Shown here: positions 1-10,312 of the stretch, piece after piece
Numbering within the stretch: position 1 is the stretch's first letter
Layout of the letters: each line of letters starts with the position of its first letter
DNA from: Bacteroidales bacterium
Lineage (GTDB): Bacteria; Bacteroidota; Bacteroidia; Bacteroidales; UBA10428
NCBI GenBank assembly: GCA_016930375.1
Contig: JAFGGU010000082.1
Coordinates: forward strand, 38,163-102,162
DNA length: 64,000 nt
Reading direction: 5' to 3'
Program-made: the position numbers and the translations under genes
Notes under the pieces: model-generated
Seen by the model: the letters and a program-made list of their open reading frames with translations, nothing else
Database searches by the model: none
Told to the model about the DNA's origin: nothing

Positions 1-140
1 CCAGATTTTCATAATGTCTGCCTGAGTCGGAATATTCTCAACTCATTATAAGCATTCAAAAATACCCATTATTTTGACATCTGGAACAAAGCACGGGGAT
101 TTTCACCACGACGGGGTACTCTCAACTTGTCGGGGTGGAA

Positions 141-1805
141 TCAATAAGCTTTTACGTGAATATTCTTCACCGCCCTTCCCGACGGATCATTCTTGTTTCT
201 GAAGGACTCATCCCATGCCAATGCCTCGGAAGTGCTGCAGGCCACTGAAGGGACCGATGGAACAGACAATGCGGCAGCTACCGAGGGGAATTGCTCACTG
301 AAAATTGTACGGTAATAGTATTCCTCTTTGTTCCTGGGTGTATTATCCGGGAAACGGTATTTTGCGTTGGCGAGCATATCATCTGTAACTTCACGGGAGC
401 TAATCGCTTTAAGGGTATCGATCCAGCTGTACCCCACCCCGTCGGAGAACTGCTCTTTCTGTCGCCACGCCACACTCTCCGGCAAATAATCTTCGAAGGC
501 CTTTCGCAGAATATATTTTTCCATTTTACCGTTTTTCGCCATTTTATCCTCTGGATTCAACCGCATGGCAACATCCAGGAACTCCTTGTCGAGGAACGGA
601 ACGCGACCCTCAACCCCCCATGCAGCCAGGGATTTGTTGGCCCTTAAGCAATCATATAAATGCAGTTTGCTCAGCTTCCGGATGGTTTCTTCATGAAATT
701 CCCTGGCGTTGGGCGCTTTATGGAAATAGAGATAACCACCAAACACTTCATCCGCCCCTTCTCCCGAAAGGACCATCTTTACGCCCATCGATTTAATAAC
801 CCTGGCCATGAGGTACATGGGTGTGGAAGCTCGTATTGTGGTGACATCATAGGTCTCCAGGAAGTAAATCACATCTCGCAGGGCATCAAGACCTTCCTGT
901 ACAGTAAAATTTATTTCGTGGTGGACGGTACCGATGTGATTTGCCACTTTCTGAGCGGCAGCCAGGTCGGGCGAACCATCCAGTCCGATTGCAAAAGAAT
1001 GCAATTGCGGCCACCAGGCTTCTTTTTCATCATTGGTTTCAATACGATGGGGGGCGAATTTTTTGGCAACCGCAGAAATAATGGAACTGTCAAGCCCACC
1101 GGACAACAAAACGCCGTATGGAACATCTGACATTAACTGACGGTGCACAGCCTGCTCCAGGGCCTGGCGCAATTCATCAATGCTGCTGGTATTATCTTTG
1201 ACGGCATCATAGGACGACCAATCCCGCGTGTACCATTTTTTGAGTTCCCCTTCCTTGCTGTAATAATAATGCCCCGGAGGGAAAATCTCAATCTTTTTGC
1301 AAATACCTTCCAGGGCTTTTAACTCCGAGGAAAAGTAAAAATTCCCGTATGCATCCCATCCCATATACAAAGGAATTATTCCGATATGATCACGCGCCGC
1401 CAGGTAGCAATTGTTGGTCTCGTCATAAAGAACAAATGCAAAAATGCCGTTCAGATCTTCCAGGAAATCCTTTCCTTTATCCTGATACAAAGCAAGAATT
1501 ACTTCACAATCGGATTGTGTCATAAACCTGTATTTGTTTTTGTATTGGTCCCGGATATCCCTGTGATTGTATATTTCTCCATTTACCCCCAGCACCAGTT
1601 TCCTGTCACTGCTGAATAAGGGCTGACCGCCGGATTGCGGATCAACAATTGAGAGTCTTTCATGCGCGATGACGGCTCTCTCACCGCAATAAATGCCTGA
1701 CCAATCCGGTCCGCGATGTCTGACTTTTTTTGACATCTCCAGGACCTGCGACCTGAGATCCTGAGAAGGCACTTTCAAATCAAAAACTCCGACAATTCCA
1801 CACAT
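141..1805 (-). CDS. asnB: Asparagine synthase (glutamine-hydrolysing), AsnB type
   Basis: 554-aa ORF starting MCGIVG (N-terminal Cys nucleophile of class II amidotransferases). Has the SGGLDSS PP-loop motif. Full length, and only short antisense ORFs compete. Confidence 0.95.
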   Translation of the reverse strand: MCGIVGVFDLKVPSQDLRSQVLEMSKKVRHRGPDWSGIYCGERAVIAHERLSIVDPQSGGQPLFSSDRKLVLGVNGEIYNHRDIRDQYKNKYRFMTQSDCEVILALYQDKGKDFLEDLNGIFAFVLYDETNNCYLAARDHIGIIPLYMGWDAYGNFYFSSELKALEGICKKIEIFPPGHYYYSKEGELKKWYTRDWSSYDAVKDNTSSIDELRQALEQAVHRQLMSDVPYGVLLSGGLDSSIISAVAKKFAPHRIETNDEKEAWWPQLHSFAIGLDGSPDLAAAQKVANHIGTVHHEINFTVQEGLDALRDVIYFLETYDVTTIRASTPMYLMARVIKSMGVKMVLSGEGADEVFGGYLYFHKAPNAREFHEETIRKLSKLHLYDCLRANKSLAAWGVEGRVPFLDKEFLDVAMRLNPEDKMAKNGKMEKYILRKAFEDYLPESVAWRQKEQFSDGVGYSWIDTLKAISSREVTDDMLANAKYRFPDNTPRNKEEYYYRTIFSEQFPSVAAALSVPSVPSVACSTSEALAWDESFRNKNDPSGRAVKNIHVKAY

Positions 1806-2010
1806 ATTCTATACAATTTATAAATTATATTTATATCTAATAGTATTCTCATTAATATTCTGCAAATTTATAAGTAAATATCAATTTATATATATAATCA
1901 GTCATAATTATATTTATTTTTTACATTTATTCGTATATTACTTACGATTTATCATATTTAACGTGCTTTTTATTTAATATATTTATTAAAAACAGGAATT
2001 ATTAACAATA

Positions 2011-2043
2011 AAAAAAGCGTGAAGCCGATGCTTCACGCTTTTT
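2011..2043. terminator. Bidirectional intrinsic terminator
   Basis: aaaaaa-GCGTGAAGC-cgat-GCTTCACGC-ttttt: a perfect 9-bp GC-rich stem flanked by an A-tract and a T-tract, directly after the stop of the minus-strand TPR gene. Confidence 0.8.
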
Positions 2044-2073
2044 CTCAAAATATCTGTTATCTGAAAATTCAGC

Positions 2074-3051
2074 TTACTGGCATTTTAAATTCGTTCTTTG
2101 TGCTTTTGCGGCTTGCAGAAATGGACCATACATCGCATTTTTGTAGGCTTCACAGGCATCTGCTGTTTGACCCTTGCCAAACTGGGCCTGGGCGAGTTCA
2201 AAATAGAACTTGGCTTTTTCTTCGGGAGTTCCGGTTTCCAGTTCCAGTCCCTTTTTTGCATTCTCAATGGCCAGATCATACTTTTTCTGCTTATTGTAAA
2301 CGCTTGCATACTGATAATGAACGTTTTCGTCAGTGCCATATTTTGATGCAGTAGCCAGCAGACTAACGGCATCAGCAAGTTTATTGCCCTGGTTAGCTTT
2401 ACCGCCGGCAATTCTGAAATAATCACGCGCAATCTTCATGGCCTGTTCAGCTTTATCTTGGGCTCCTGCTGCCTGCATCTTTTCAATATACAGGTCAATG
2501 GTTTCGGCAAATTCAGTGTTTTTACTCATTCCTCTGTATATCAGAGCTTTATTATATATCGAAACTGTATGCTCGGGATTGATGGCCAGTACGCTGTCGA
2601 AAGTTAAAATGGCTTTGTCATATTCCTTGGCGGTCACAAAAGAGGAAGCCTTGGTTGAATAGGCCTGGATCATCAATGTTTCCGTGTTTTCTTTGGTTTG
2701 AACATCATTGTATTTGTTGGCTACTTCTAAAGTTTTAACAGAGGCATTCAGTGCTCCGTCGATATTCTTTTCGATTGTCAGCAAATCAAAAGCTTTCTGA
2801 TAATAAAGGTCAGGTAATACTTTTATGGCCTTCAGTTTGATATCGGCTGCTGAATCGCCTATCTGCTCACAAATCCTGATACAATTCTCAAACGCCTCAA
2901 CTGCGCGGGAATCATTTGCCTTCATCAATTCAACGCCCTCATTAAATACCTTGATCGCATCGTTCTTTTCCTGGGCAAACACGCCAAAGCACATTCCCGC
3001 AAACAATACTGTCAATCCGGCAATTTTCATTTTGTTATACATTGGTTTCAT
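2074..3051 (-). CDS. Exported TPR-like repeat protein, function unknown
   Basis: 325 aa with a signal-like N-terminus (MKIAGLTVLFAGMCFGVFAQ). The rest is A/K/Y/E-rich helical repeats with TPR-like periodicity. Confidence 0.7.
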   Translation of the reverse strand: MKPMYNKMKIAGLTVLFAGMCFGVFAQEKNDAIKVFNEGVELMKANDSRAVEAFENCIRICEQIGDSAADIKLKAIKVLPDLYYQKAFDLLTIEKNIDGALNASVKTLEVANKYNDVQTKENTETLMIQAYSTKASSFVTAKEYDKAILTFDSVLAINPEHTVSIYNKALIYRGMSKNTEFAETIDLYIEKMQAAGAQDKAEQAMKIARDYFRIAGGKANQGNKLADAVSLLATASKYGTDENVHYQYASVYNKQKKYDLAIENAKKGLELETGTPEEKAKFYFELAQAQFGKGQTADACEAYKNAMYGPFLQAAKAQRTNLKCQ

Positions 3052-3186
3052 ACAATTTTCATATTAAAGGTTAATACAATCGGCTTTTGTCTATTGGTCG
3101 TAAATATAAAAATTTCTTGATTGATATGATAAGAAAAACAGCAATAATCCCTTTTTGTTTAATGACCCTTACGGCACATTACCACC

Positions 3187-3663
3187 CTATACGCTTGTTT
3201 TTAGCAGGTTCAGTACATGCCTGTCAATTGGAAAACTCAGCTCTTCCTCACTTAATCCGGCAATATCAGCCCAGCGGAAAGATTGACTTCCGTTGACTCC
3301 TGCCGGAAAATCAAATGGTTTTCCCGATATTTTAAACAAGGGCTGTTCCAACAATCTGGCCCTGTAATAAATACTTATCAACTGGCTATCTTCAAAGAAC
3401 AATGCACGCTGAAAGAAGCCGGTGGTGTAAAAATGCGAAATGATCTCAATTTCCTGTCCGAATTCCTCCCTGGCTTCACGTTTCAGACAATCTTCCGGAC
3501 CTTCTCCGAAATGCAAACCTCCTCCCGGAAATTTTGTCATTTCCCGATCCAGCACAAATTCATCACTCAGCAAAATCTGTGCCTTTTCATTCATGATCAG
3601 GCCGTATACCCGAATGTTAAATCGTCTTATTTCCGGTAAATCCATCACCCGTTCATTTTGCAT
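3187..3663 (-). CDS. NUDIX hydrolase
   Basis: Nudix box GGGLHFGEGPEDCLKREAREEFGQEI (GX5EX7REUXEEXGU). An alternative start at 3645 (MDLPEIRR) forms a TGATG stop/start overlap with miaA, suggesting translational coupling. Confidence 0.8.
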   Translation of the reverse strand: MQNERVMDLPEIRRFNIRVYGLIMNEKAQILLSDEFVLDREMTKFPGGGLHFGEGPEDCLKREAREEFGQEIEIISHFYTTGFFQRALFFEDSQLISIYYRARLLEQPLFKISGKPFDFPAGVNGSQSFRWADIAGLSEEELSFPIDRHVLNLLKTSV

Positions 3664-4553
3664 TGAAGATATTTTACGATTGATTCTTTCTCATCAGGCT
3701 GGAACCATCTCAACTCTTTGTCCCTTCGAAACCAGGTGATCTGCCTCCGGGCATATTGCCGGGAATGTGCTTTAATCTGGTCCACCGCTTCTTCCAGGGA
3801 ACCTATCCCGTCAAAAAACCTGAAAAGCTCCTTATAACCGACCGTATTCAATGCATTCAAATGCCTGAATTTTCGCAGGCCATCTGCTTCCCGCAACAGT
3901 CCATCTGCCATCATAGCATCCACACGGTTGTTAATCCTGTTGTACAGGTCCTGACGGGGCATATTCAATCCGATCTTCAGGATTGAAAAGTTTCGTTGTT
4001 TTGCTTTGCCACTCAGGAAGGAAGAATAGGGTCTGCCCGTCATTTCAGCTATCTCCAGAGCTTTTAAAATACGTTTCGGATTACTCTGATCTACGGTGTG
4101 GAAATAAGCAGGATCCAATTCTCTGAGCCTTGTCTGTATGCCTGACAGTCCTATCTTCAGATATTCAGTATGAAGCTTATCACGTATTTGCTGGCTGACG
4201 GTCGGGATATCATCAATGCCCCTGCATACCGCATCGATATACATACCACTGCCGCCTGTCATTATCACTGCATTGAACTGCGTAAACAAGCGATCCAGCA
4301 GGCTAATCGTTTCATTCTCAAAAAAACTTGCGTTGTAATAGTCGTGAATGGATTTATGCCCAATAAAATGATGCTTTGCAACTGCGAGCTGATCAGCGGA
4401 AGGAACCGCCGTGCCGATGACCATCTCGCGATAGATCTGACGCGAATCAGCATTGATAATCTCGGTACCAAAATGCCTTGCCAGATGAATGGCAAGATCC
4501 GTTTTCCCTACAGCTGTAGGCCCGGCGATAATGATCAGGTGTTTGGAATTCAT
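3645..4553 (-). CDS. miaA: tRNA dimethylallyltransferase
   Basis: 302 aa with the N-terminal P-loop GPTAVGKT and MiaA-typical motifs (DSRQIYREM, ARRQITWFRRD). Confidence 0.95.
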   Translation of the reverse strand: MNSKHLIIIAGPTAVGKTDLAIHLARHFGTEIINADSRQIYREMVIGTAVPSADQLAVAKHHFIGHKSIHDYYNASFFENETISLLDRLFTQFNAVIMTGGSGMYIDAVCRGIDDIPTVSQQIRDKLHTEYLKIGLSGIQTRLRELDPAYFHTVDQSNPKRILKALEIAEMTGRPYSSFLSGKAKQRNFSILKIGLNMPRQDLYNRINNRVDAMMADGLLREADGLRKFRHLNALNTVGYKELFRFFDGIGSLEEAVDQIKAHSRQYARRQITWFRRDKELRWFQPDEKESIVKYLQCKMNG

Positions 4554-4580
4554 GGTATCACTACCGTGTCGACAGGATCT

Positions 4581-5897
4581 TTAACCGGCCAGGTGCTGCT
4601 TTCTCAGCAGGATCACCATAAATACCAGTCCGATTAAAAAGAAAACCGTTATAGCAAGAACAGAATATCGCATGCTGCCAGTTAAGGCTTCAATGATGCC
4701 AAAGCTGAAGGTCCCTCCAACCATGGCAAATTTCTCCATAACATCATAAAAACTAAAAAACGAAGTATGATCACGGGTTTCCGGAAGCATTTTTGAATAC
4801 GTTGATCGGGCCAGTGCCTGTGTACCGCCCATGACAACACCGACAAAACAGGCTACTATGATAAAACCCGTGGCTGAGTTTACAAAATAGACAGCCATGA
4901 TGACAAAAATCCAGATCACAATGGATATAATCAGACTCTGGATATTTCCGAATCTCCCGGACAACCGGGCAAAAAGCCAGGCGCCGAACATGCCGATAAG
5001 CTGGATCAGTAAGATAGTGGCGATCAGAATACTGTCACTCAATTGAAGCTCCTTGGTGGCAAAGGTTGCAGCCATTGACATTACGGTAAGCACGCCCATG
5101 GTCATAAAGAAGAATCCTATCAGATAAATCTTCAGGTGGTTCATCCTGCGGACCTGGTTAAAAACAGTCCGGAGTTCCTGGTAACCCCGCATAACAACGC
5201 GTTCCCCCTTTACCCTTTTGCCAAATGTGTATTTGGGCAACCGGTTGAAGGTGATCTGAGAAAATCCGATCCACCAAAGAAATACGGTAAGAAAAGCCAG
5301 TCTTGGCGCAAAACTATCATCTGTAATTCCGAAAACGCCGGGGAACATAACGAATACCAGATTAAACACCAGCAAAACAACACCTCCCAAATATCCCATG
5401 GAATATCCCCGTGCGCTGATCTTATCCTGGTCAGCATGCTCCGCGATTACAGGAAGAAATGAATTGTAGAACACCAGGCTTCCCCCATAACCGATAGTAG
5501 CAAAAACAAAGGCGATCAGGCCCAGTTCAACCGTATTCTTATTAAAGAAAAACAACATCCCGCAGGATATGGCGCCAATCCAGGTAAACACTTTCATAAA
5601 TGCTTTTCTGCGACCTGTATAATCTGCTATTGAGGAAAACAAGGGAGAAAATAGGGCCACTACAAAATAGGATAAGGCAATCGCCCAGGCATAAAGAACT
5701 GTATTGATGGCCTCGATCCCGAAAAAATTAATGGTGAAATCTTCGCCATTTCGGGTAACTGCATTATAATAAATTGGAAAGATGGTTGATCCGATGGTTA
5801 ACTGGTATACAGAATTTGACCAGTCATACATTACCCATCCCCTGATGGTTTTTTTGTCACCTTTGGGGATGGGCCGGAAGTCGGAAAGTCTTTTCAA
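4581..5897 (-). CDS. MFS transporter, UMF1-like family
   Basis: 438 aa, about 12 hydrophobic segments, with the N-terminal WVMYDWSNSVYQ motif typical of UMF1/Atg22-like MFS proteins. Confidence 0.8.
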   Translation of the reverse strand: MKRLSDFRPIPKGDKKTIRGWVMYDWSNSVYQLTIGSTIFPIYYNAVTRNGEDFTINFFGIEAINTVLYAWAIALSYFVVALFSPLFSSIADYTGRRKAFMKVFTWIGAISCGMLFFFNKNTVELGLIAFVFATIGYGGSLVFYNSFLPVIAEHADQDKISARGYSMGYLGGVVLLVFNLVFVMFPGVFGITDDSFAPRLAFLTVFLWWIGFSQITFNRLPKYTFGKRVKGERVVMRGYQELRTVFNQVRRMNHLKIYLIGFFFMTMGVLTVMSMAATFATKELQLSDSILIATILLIQLIGMFGAWLFARLSGRFGNIQSLIISIVIWIFVIMAVYFVNSATGFIIVACFVGVVMGGTQALARSTYSKMLPETRDHTSFFSFYDVMEKFAMVGGTFSFGIIEALTGSMRYSVLAITVFFLIGLVFMVILLRKQHLAG

Positions 5898-5961
5898 AGC
5901 AGCGTGGTGGTTATGTCAATACCTGTACTAAGATAATAAAACTTTAACAATTACAGAAAGG

Positions 5962-8229
5962 TCAGATATCTTTTGCCATTCTGATAAGATTCAGCGCCGA
6001 TCCTGCCCTGAACCATCCTATCTGATTATCATTGTAAGTATGGTTGGCTTTTATCTCGTCAATGGTTCCGTCTTTATGATGCAGTTTGATGACCAGGGGT
6101 TGATTGGCTGCAAAAGCATTCAGACCCACAAGGTCAATCAGGTCATCCTCCTGTACCTTATCATAATCTGCCTTATCCGCGAAAGTCAATGCCAGCATTC
6201 CCTGCTTTTTCAGGTTTGCCTCATGAATACGCGCAAACGAACGAACCAGGATGACTTTAACCCCGAGATACCTGGGTTCCATGGCGGCATGCTCACGTGA
6301 TGAACCTTCTCCATAGTTTTCATCACCCACTACAATACTTCCGATACCATTTGATTTGTAGTACCGGGCCACCTTGGGGACTTCGCCGTAGTCACCGGAA
6401 AGCTGATTTTTAACTGAATTGGTTTTATCGTTAAAATAATTCACAGCGCCTATCAGCATATTGTTGGATATGTTATCCAGATGTCCGCGGTATTTGAGCC
6501 AGGGACCAGCCATTGAAATATGGTCGGTTGTGCATTTTCCACGGGCCTTGATCAGCAATCGCAGACATGTGTAATCATTGCCGTCCCAGGGTTCAAAGGG
6601 TTCCAATAATTGCAGCCGATCGCTGCCCTCTTTAATGATCACCTGTATCCTGCTTCCGTCTTCAGCCGGGGCTTGAAATCCCTTGTCCTTAACTTCAAAA
6701 CCATCGGGAGGCATTTCCATACCCTGAGGTTCATCGAGTTTCACCGGGTTTCCGTTTTCATTCACCAGGCTGTCCGTAAGGGGATTGAATGTCAGGGAAC
6801 CTGCGATCGTAAAAGCCGTGACAATTTCAGGCGAAGCGACAAACCCATGGGTATTGGGATTTCCGTCTGACCGTTTGGCAAAGTTCCTGTTGAAGGATGT
6901 CATGATGGAGTTCTTTTCCTGCTTGTCGGCGCCCTGTCGCGCCCATTGACCAATACATGGACCGCAGGCATTGGCAAGCACTGTTCCCCCGATTTTTGTA
7001 AATACTTCCAGCAGGCCATCCCGTTCCGCGGTAAAACGAACCTGTTCTGAACCCGGCGTGATTGTAAATGCCGATTTGGCTTTCAGGTTTTTATTCAAGG
7101 CCTGTTTTGCAACCGATGCTGCTCTCGTCAGATCCTCATAGGAAGAATTGGTGCAAGAGCCGATCAATCCGACCTCCAGCTTTTCAGGCCATCCATTTTC
7201 CTTTACCAATGTTGCAAACCGTGAAACAGGCGTTGCCAAATCCGGTGTAAAAGGTCCGTTGATATGGGGTTCCAGTTCGGACAGGTTAATTTCAATCAAA
7301 TCATCGAAGAACTTTCCGGGATCATGATATACTTCTTCATCCGCCACAAGATTCATTTTGATTCCGTTTGCCAGGTCAGCCACCACAGCTCTTCCGGTTC
7401 CTCTCAGGTAACTTTCCATTTTTCCGTCATATCCGAAAACAGAAGTTGTCGCTCCAATCTCAGCGCCCATGTTGCATATCGTTCCTTTACCGGTACAAGA
7501 GATACTCTCTGCTCCTTCACCAAAGTATTCAAGCATGCAACCGGTTCCACCCTTGACTGTAAGTATACCTGCAACTTTTAGTATCACATCTTTGGCAGAT
7601 GCCCATCCGCTCAACTTTCCGGTTAGTTTTACGCCAATTAACCTGGGAAATCTGAGCTCCCAGGGAAGTCCTGCCATGACATCGCAGGCATCAGCACCAC
7701 CGACGCCGATGGCAATCATGCCAAGTCCGCCTGCATTAACGGTATGGGAATCGGTTCCGATCATCATGCCCCCGGGGAAAGCGTAATTTTCAAGAATCAC
7801 CTGGTGAATGATACCTGCCCCCGGTTTCCAGAATCCAATACCGTATTTATTTGAAACTGAGGCCAGGAAATCGTATACTTCGCTATTGCTGACCCGGGCA
7901 GCTGCCAGATCTGCTAATGCTCCGTCCCTGGCCATAATCAGGTGATCACAATGCACAGTGGAAGGTACTGCAACCTTTTTCCGACCTGCCTGCATAAACT
8001 GCAGCAAAGCCATCTGGGCTGTTGCATCCTGCATGGCCACCCGGTCAGGGAGAAAATTGACATAGTCCCGACCCCGTTGATAAACCGATTTCGCAGTTCC
8101 TTCCTCAAGATGGGCGTAAAGAATCTTTTCAGTGAGTGAAAGGGGACGACCGATGAGCTTTCTTGCAGACTCAATCCTCGAACCGAAATTTCCATAGACA
8201 CGCTGAATCAAATCCTGATCAAATACCAT
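5962..8229 (-). CDS. acnA: Aconitate hydratase (mitochondrial-type, ~755 aa)
   Basis: Has the Fe-S ligand motifs IGTDSHT, GSCTNSS and [10 protein letters not shown]. Its length and layout match the mitochondrial-like aconitase reported in Bacteroides. Confidence 0.92.
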   Translation of the reverse strand: MVFDQDLIQRVYGNFGSRIESARKLIGRPLSLTEKILYAHLEEGTAKSVYQRGRDYVNFLPDRVAMQDATAQMALLQFMQAGRKKVAVPSTVHCDHLIMARDGALADLAAARVSNSEVYDFLASVSNKYGIGFWKPGAGIIHQVILENYAFPGGMMIGTDSHTVNAGGLGMIAIGVGGADACDVMAGLPWELRFPRLIGVKLTGKLSGWASAKDVILKVAGILTVKGGTGCMLEYFGEGAESISCTGKGTICNMGAEIGATTSVFGYDGKMESYLRGTGRAVVADLANGIKMNLVADEEVYHDPGKFFDDLIEINLSELEPHINGPFTPDLATPVSRFATLVKENGWPEKLEVGLIGSCTNSSYEDLTRAASVAKQALNKNLKAKSAFTITPGSEQVRFTAERDGLLEVFTKIGGTVLANACGPCIGQWARQGADKQEKNSIMTSFNRNFAKRSDGNPNTHGFVASPEIVTAFTIAGSLTFNPLTDSLVNENGNPVKLDEPQGMEMPPDGFEVKDKGFQAPAEDGSRIQVIIKEGSDRLQLLEPFEPWDGNDYTCLRLLIKARGKCTTDHISMAGPWLKYRGHLDNISNNMLIGAVNYFNDKTNSVKNQLSGDYGEVPKVARYYKSNGIGSIVVGDENYGEGSSREHAAMEPRYLGVKVILVRSFARIHEANLKKQGMLALTFADKADYDKVQEDDLIDLVGLNAFAANQPLVIKLHHKDGTIDEIKANHTYNDNQIGWFRAGSALNLIRMAKDI

Positions 8230-8300
8230 GATGTATATTATTTATAATGCAAATTAACAGTTTCCCTGATTACAAATTAACACAATTCTCACTAAAATGA

Positions 8301-10268
8301 TCAAAGGGATGGTAAAATCTTTAACTCATCCAGCAATACCGAATCAACGACTGTTGAATCAGGTGCGGTAAATACCATGGCAGCCGGACCGGATAAATGG
8401 ACCTCCGGTACTATTCCTGTTGTATCCTCCGGAGCAATAAATTCCTTCTTTACCATCAGCACTTTAAGCCGGTCGAAGTAATTCCCGAAAAAAGGCTTCA
8501 ATACACCATTGGCTGTAAAAGAATACCTGTACCACTTGGGTTGAGGAACAATGCTGGCCAGGTAAACACTTTCAGGAAGGCTAAGTTCGGCAGGTGATTT
8601 ATTAAAATAGAACCGGCTGGCCTGGTTGATCCCATAAACACCGGGGCCCCACTCGATGATGTTAAGATATACTTCGTACATTCGCTGTTTTGATACCAGG
8701 TTTTTGCTTTCGATAAGCCAGACTATGATGGCTTCCTCAATCTTGCGGGCAAGTGTTTTATTGCGGGTGAGAAAGACATTCTTAACCAGTTGCATGGAAA
8801 TGGTGCTTCCTCCCCTGGCAAATCTTCCTTTTTTGATGTTAATCGCGATGGATTCCCTGAATGCATTCGGATTAAATCCATGGTGATAAAAGAAGCTGCC
8901 ATCTTCGGAAGTCATTACCGCTGCCCGCAGGAAAGGAGAAATCTGTTCCAGCGTTACGAAATCAGGATTCTCAGGACCTACGAAAAATGATGCAGCAAGC
9001 CGGCCACGCTCGTATACCTGATGACGGAAACCGGAATTCAGCATTCTGTAATCATCAACACCATAGCCTGCAATATGCAAATCGTCTGACCACAGCTTCG
9101 TATTAAAATACAAACTGTCGGTTTGTGCAAGATTCACCCTGAAATCCAGAAAATGGTGAAGTTGGCCTTTGGCCTGAAATCCAATGAGACTGGTGAACAT
9201 TCCCCGGGGCAAAGATCCGAAAAAATCATCCGCTTCCCAGATCTCGGGAAGAAGTCGGAATGATATGGTCGGACCATTTTCAAGATCTACGCTGAGATAA
9301 GGTGACAGAGTTAAAGTATTCAGGTCAGCCCTGGTTGCGCTGTCGAGTTCTACATGATGAGGCCCTAAACCAACAAGAAAGGATGATGTAAAATGGTCAA
9401 TCCTGATATCTTCCGTAGCAAGCCGTTCTCCGTTCAATACAAACCCGGCAAAACTGAAGGACCCTTTGAAATTAATGAGATGCCGGTGACGATCATCCAG
9501 ATTGATCATGAAGCCAAGGGAATCAAAACCGGTTGATACGCCGTACTTTTCCTGCAACAGAGGTATGGGAAACAGGCTGGTGTCCGTTTTGACCATATGA
9601 AATTCAATGACCGATGATGCCTTATCAAATCGGCCATCGACAGGAACTTCCACACGTGAATTGCCTCCTGCAAATACGAGGTTTGCGGTTAGTTTTCCAT
9701 GATTTAAAACCAGTCCGTGAATACCGATCAGCGTTGGATCGGTACTGGAAGAAATTCTCACCTGTACCCTGTTAATACGTGTTCTGGCAGGTGTATAGCT
9801 GAATAATCTGCGAATGTACCTGTTGGCGATCTCAGAAAGATCCTTGCTTTTTATTTGATCCAGCCTTCCTCCTGAATCTACCTTTTTTGCCCTGGCTTTT
9901 TCAATACTTTTCTTTTCTGTATGATAACGGATGGACACTAATCTGCAAGCAAATTCGCGTATTCTGATTTTTTTTACCAGTAGGGGTATAATCCTTACTT
10001 TTACAGAAACAGAATCCATGAAAAGTTCATTTCCCCCCTTCCTGCTCTGGATGTAGATACCTTTAACATAAACGGTATTCAGACCTCTGAACCTTGCACC
10101 GTCCCAGTGCGCAGAATACTGGTGACTCCTCACCCTGGCATTGACCGAATCGATCGCTTTATGCAAAATGAAGCCCCTGATGGCAAAAGATACCGCCAGT
10201 AATAATACTATCGGCAAAAGAACCAAAGCGAGATAAAGCCTTGGCTTTGGTATTTGTTTAATATCCAT
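8301..10268 (-). CDS. Peptidoglycan glycosyltransferase (GT51 domain) with a long N-terminal domain of unknown function
   Basis: The C-terminal ~200 aa carry the GT51 motifs EDGSFFYHHGFN and RGGSTISMQLVKN. The N-terminus has one TM segment followed by ~430 aa without a motif I recognise. No transpeptidase domain is present. Confidence 0.8.
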   Translation of the reverse strand: MDIKQIPKPRLYLALVLLPIVLLLAVSFAIRGFILHKAIDSVNARVRSHQYSAHWDGARFRGLNTVYVKGIYIQSRKGGNELFMDSVSVKVRIIPLLVKKIRIREFACRLVSIRYHTEKKSIEKARAKKVDSGGRLDQIKSKDLSEIANRYIRRLFSYTPARTRINRVQVRISSSTDPTLIGIHGLVLNHGKLTANLVFAGGNSRVEVPVDGRFDKASSVIEFHMVKTDTSLFPIPLLQEKYGVSTGFDSLGFMINLDDRHRHLINFKGSFSFAGFVLNGERLATEDIRIDHFTSSFLVGLGPHHVELDSATRADLNTLTLSPYLSVDLENGPTISFRLLPEIWEADDFFGSLPRGMFTSLIGFQAKGQLHHFLDFRVNLAQTDSLYFNTKLWSDDLHIAGYGVDDYRMLNSGFRHQVYERGRLAASFFVGPENPDFVTLEQISPFLRAAVMTSEDGSFFYHHGFNPNAFRESIAINIKKGRFARGGSTISMQLVKNVFLTRNKTLARKIEEAIIVWLIESKNLVSKQRMYEVYLNIIEWGPGVYGINQASRFYFNKSPAELSLPESVYLASIVPQPKWYRYSFTANGVLKPFFGNYFDRLKVLMVKKEFIAPEDTTGIVPEVHLSGPAAMVFTAPDSTVVDSVLLDELKILPSL

Positions 10269-10312
10269 CCTATTCTAAAACTGCGAAATTAAACAATAAA
10301 AATTCAACCGGC

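Noticed and set aside
1806-2010. ~200-bp nearly pure A/T region upstream of asnB, considered as an invertible promoter, origin or repeat element
   Set aside because: I see no flanking inverted repeats, DnaA-box-like clusters or tandem structure beyond short ATATTTAT-type words expected from composition. It is most simply an AT-rich promoter region.
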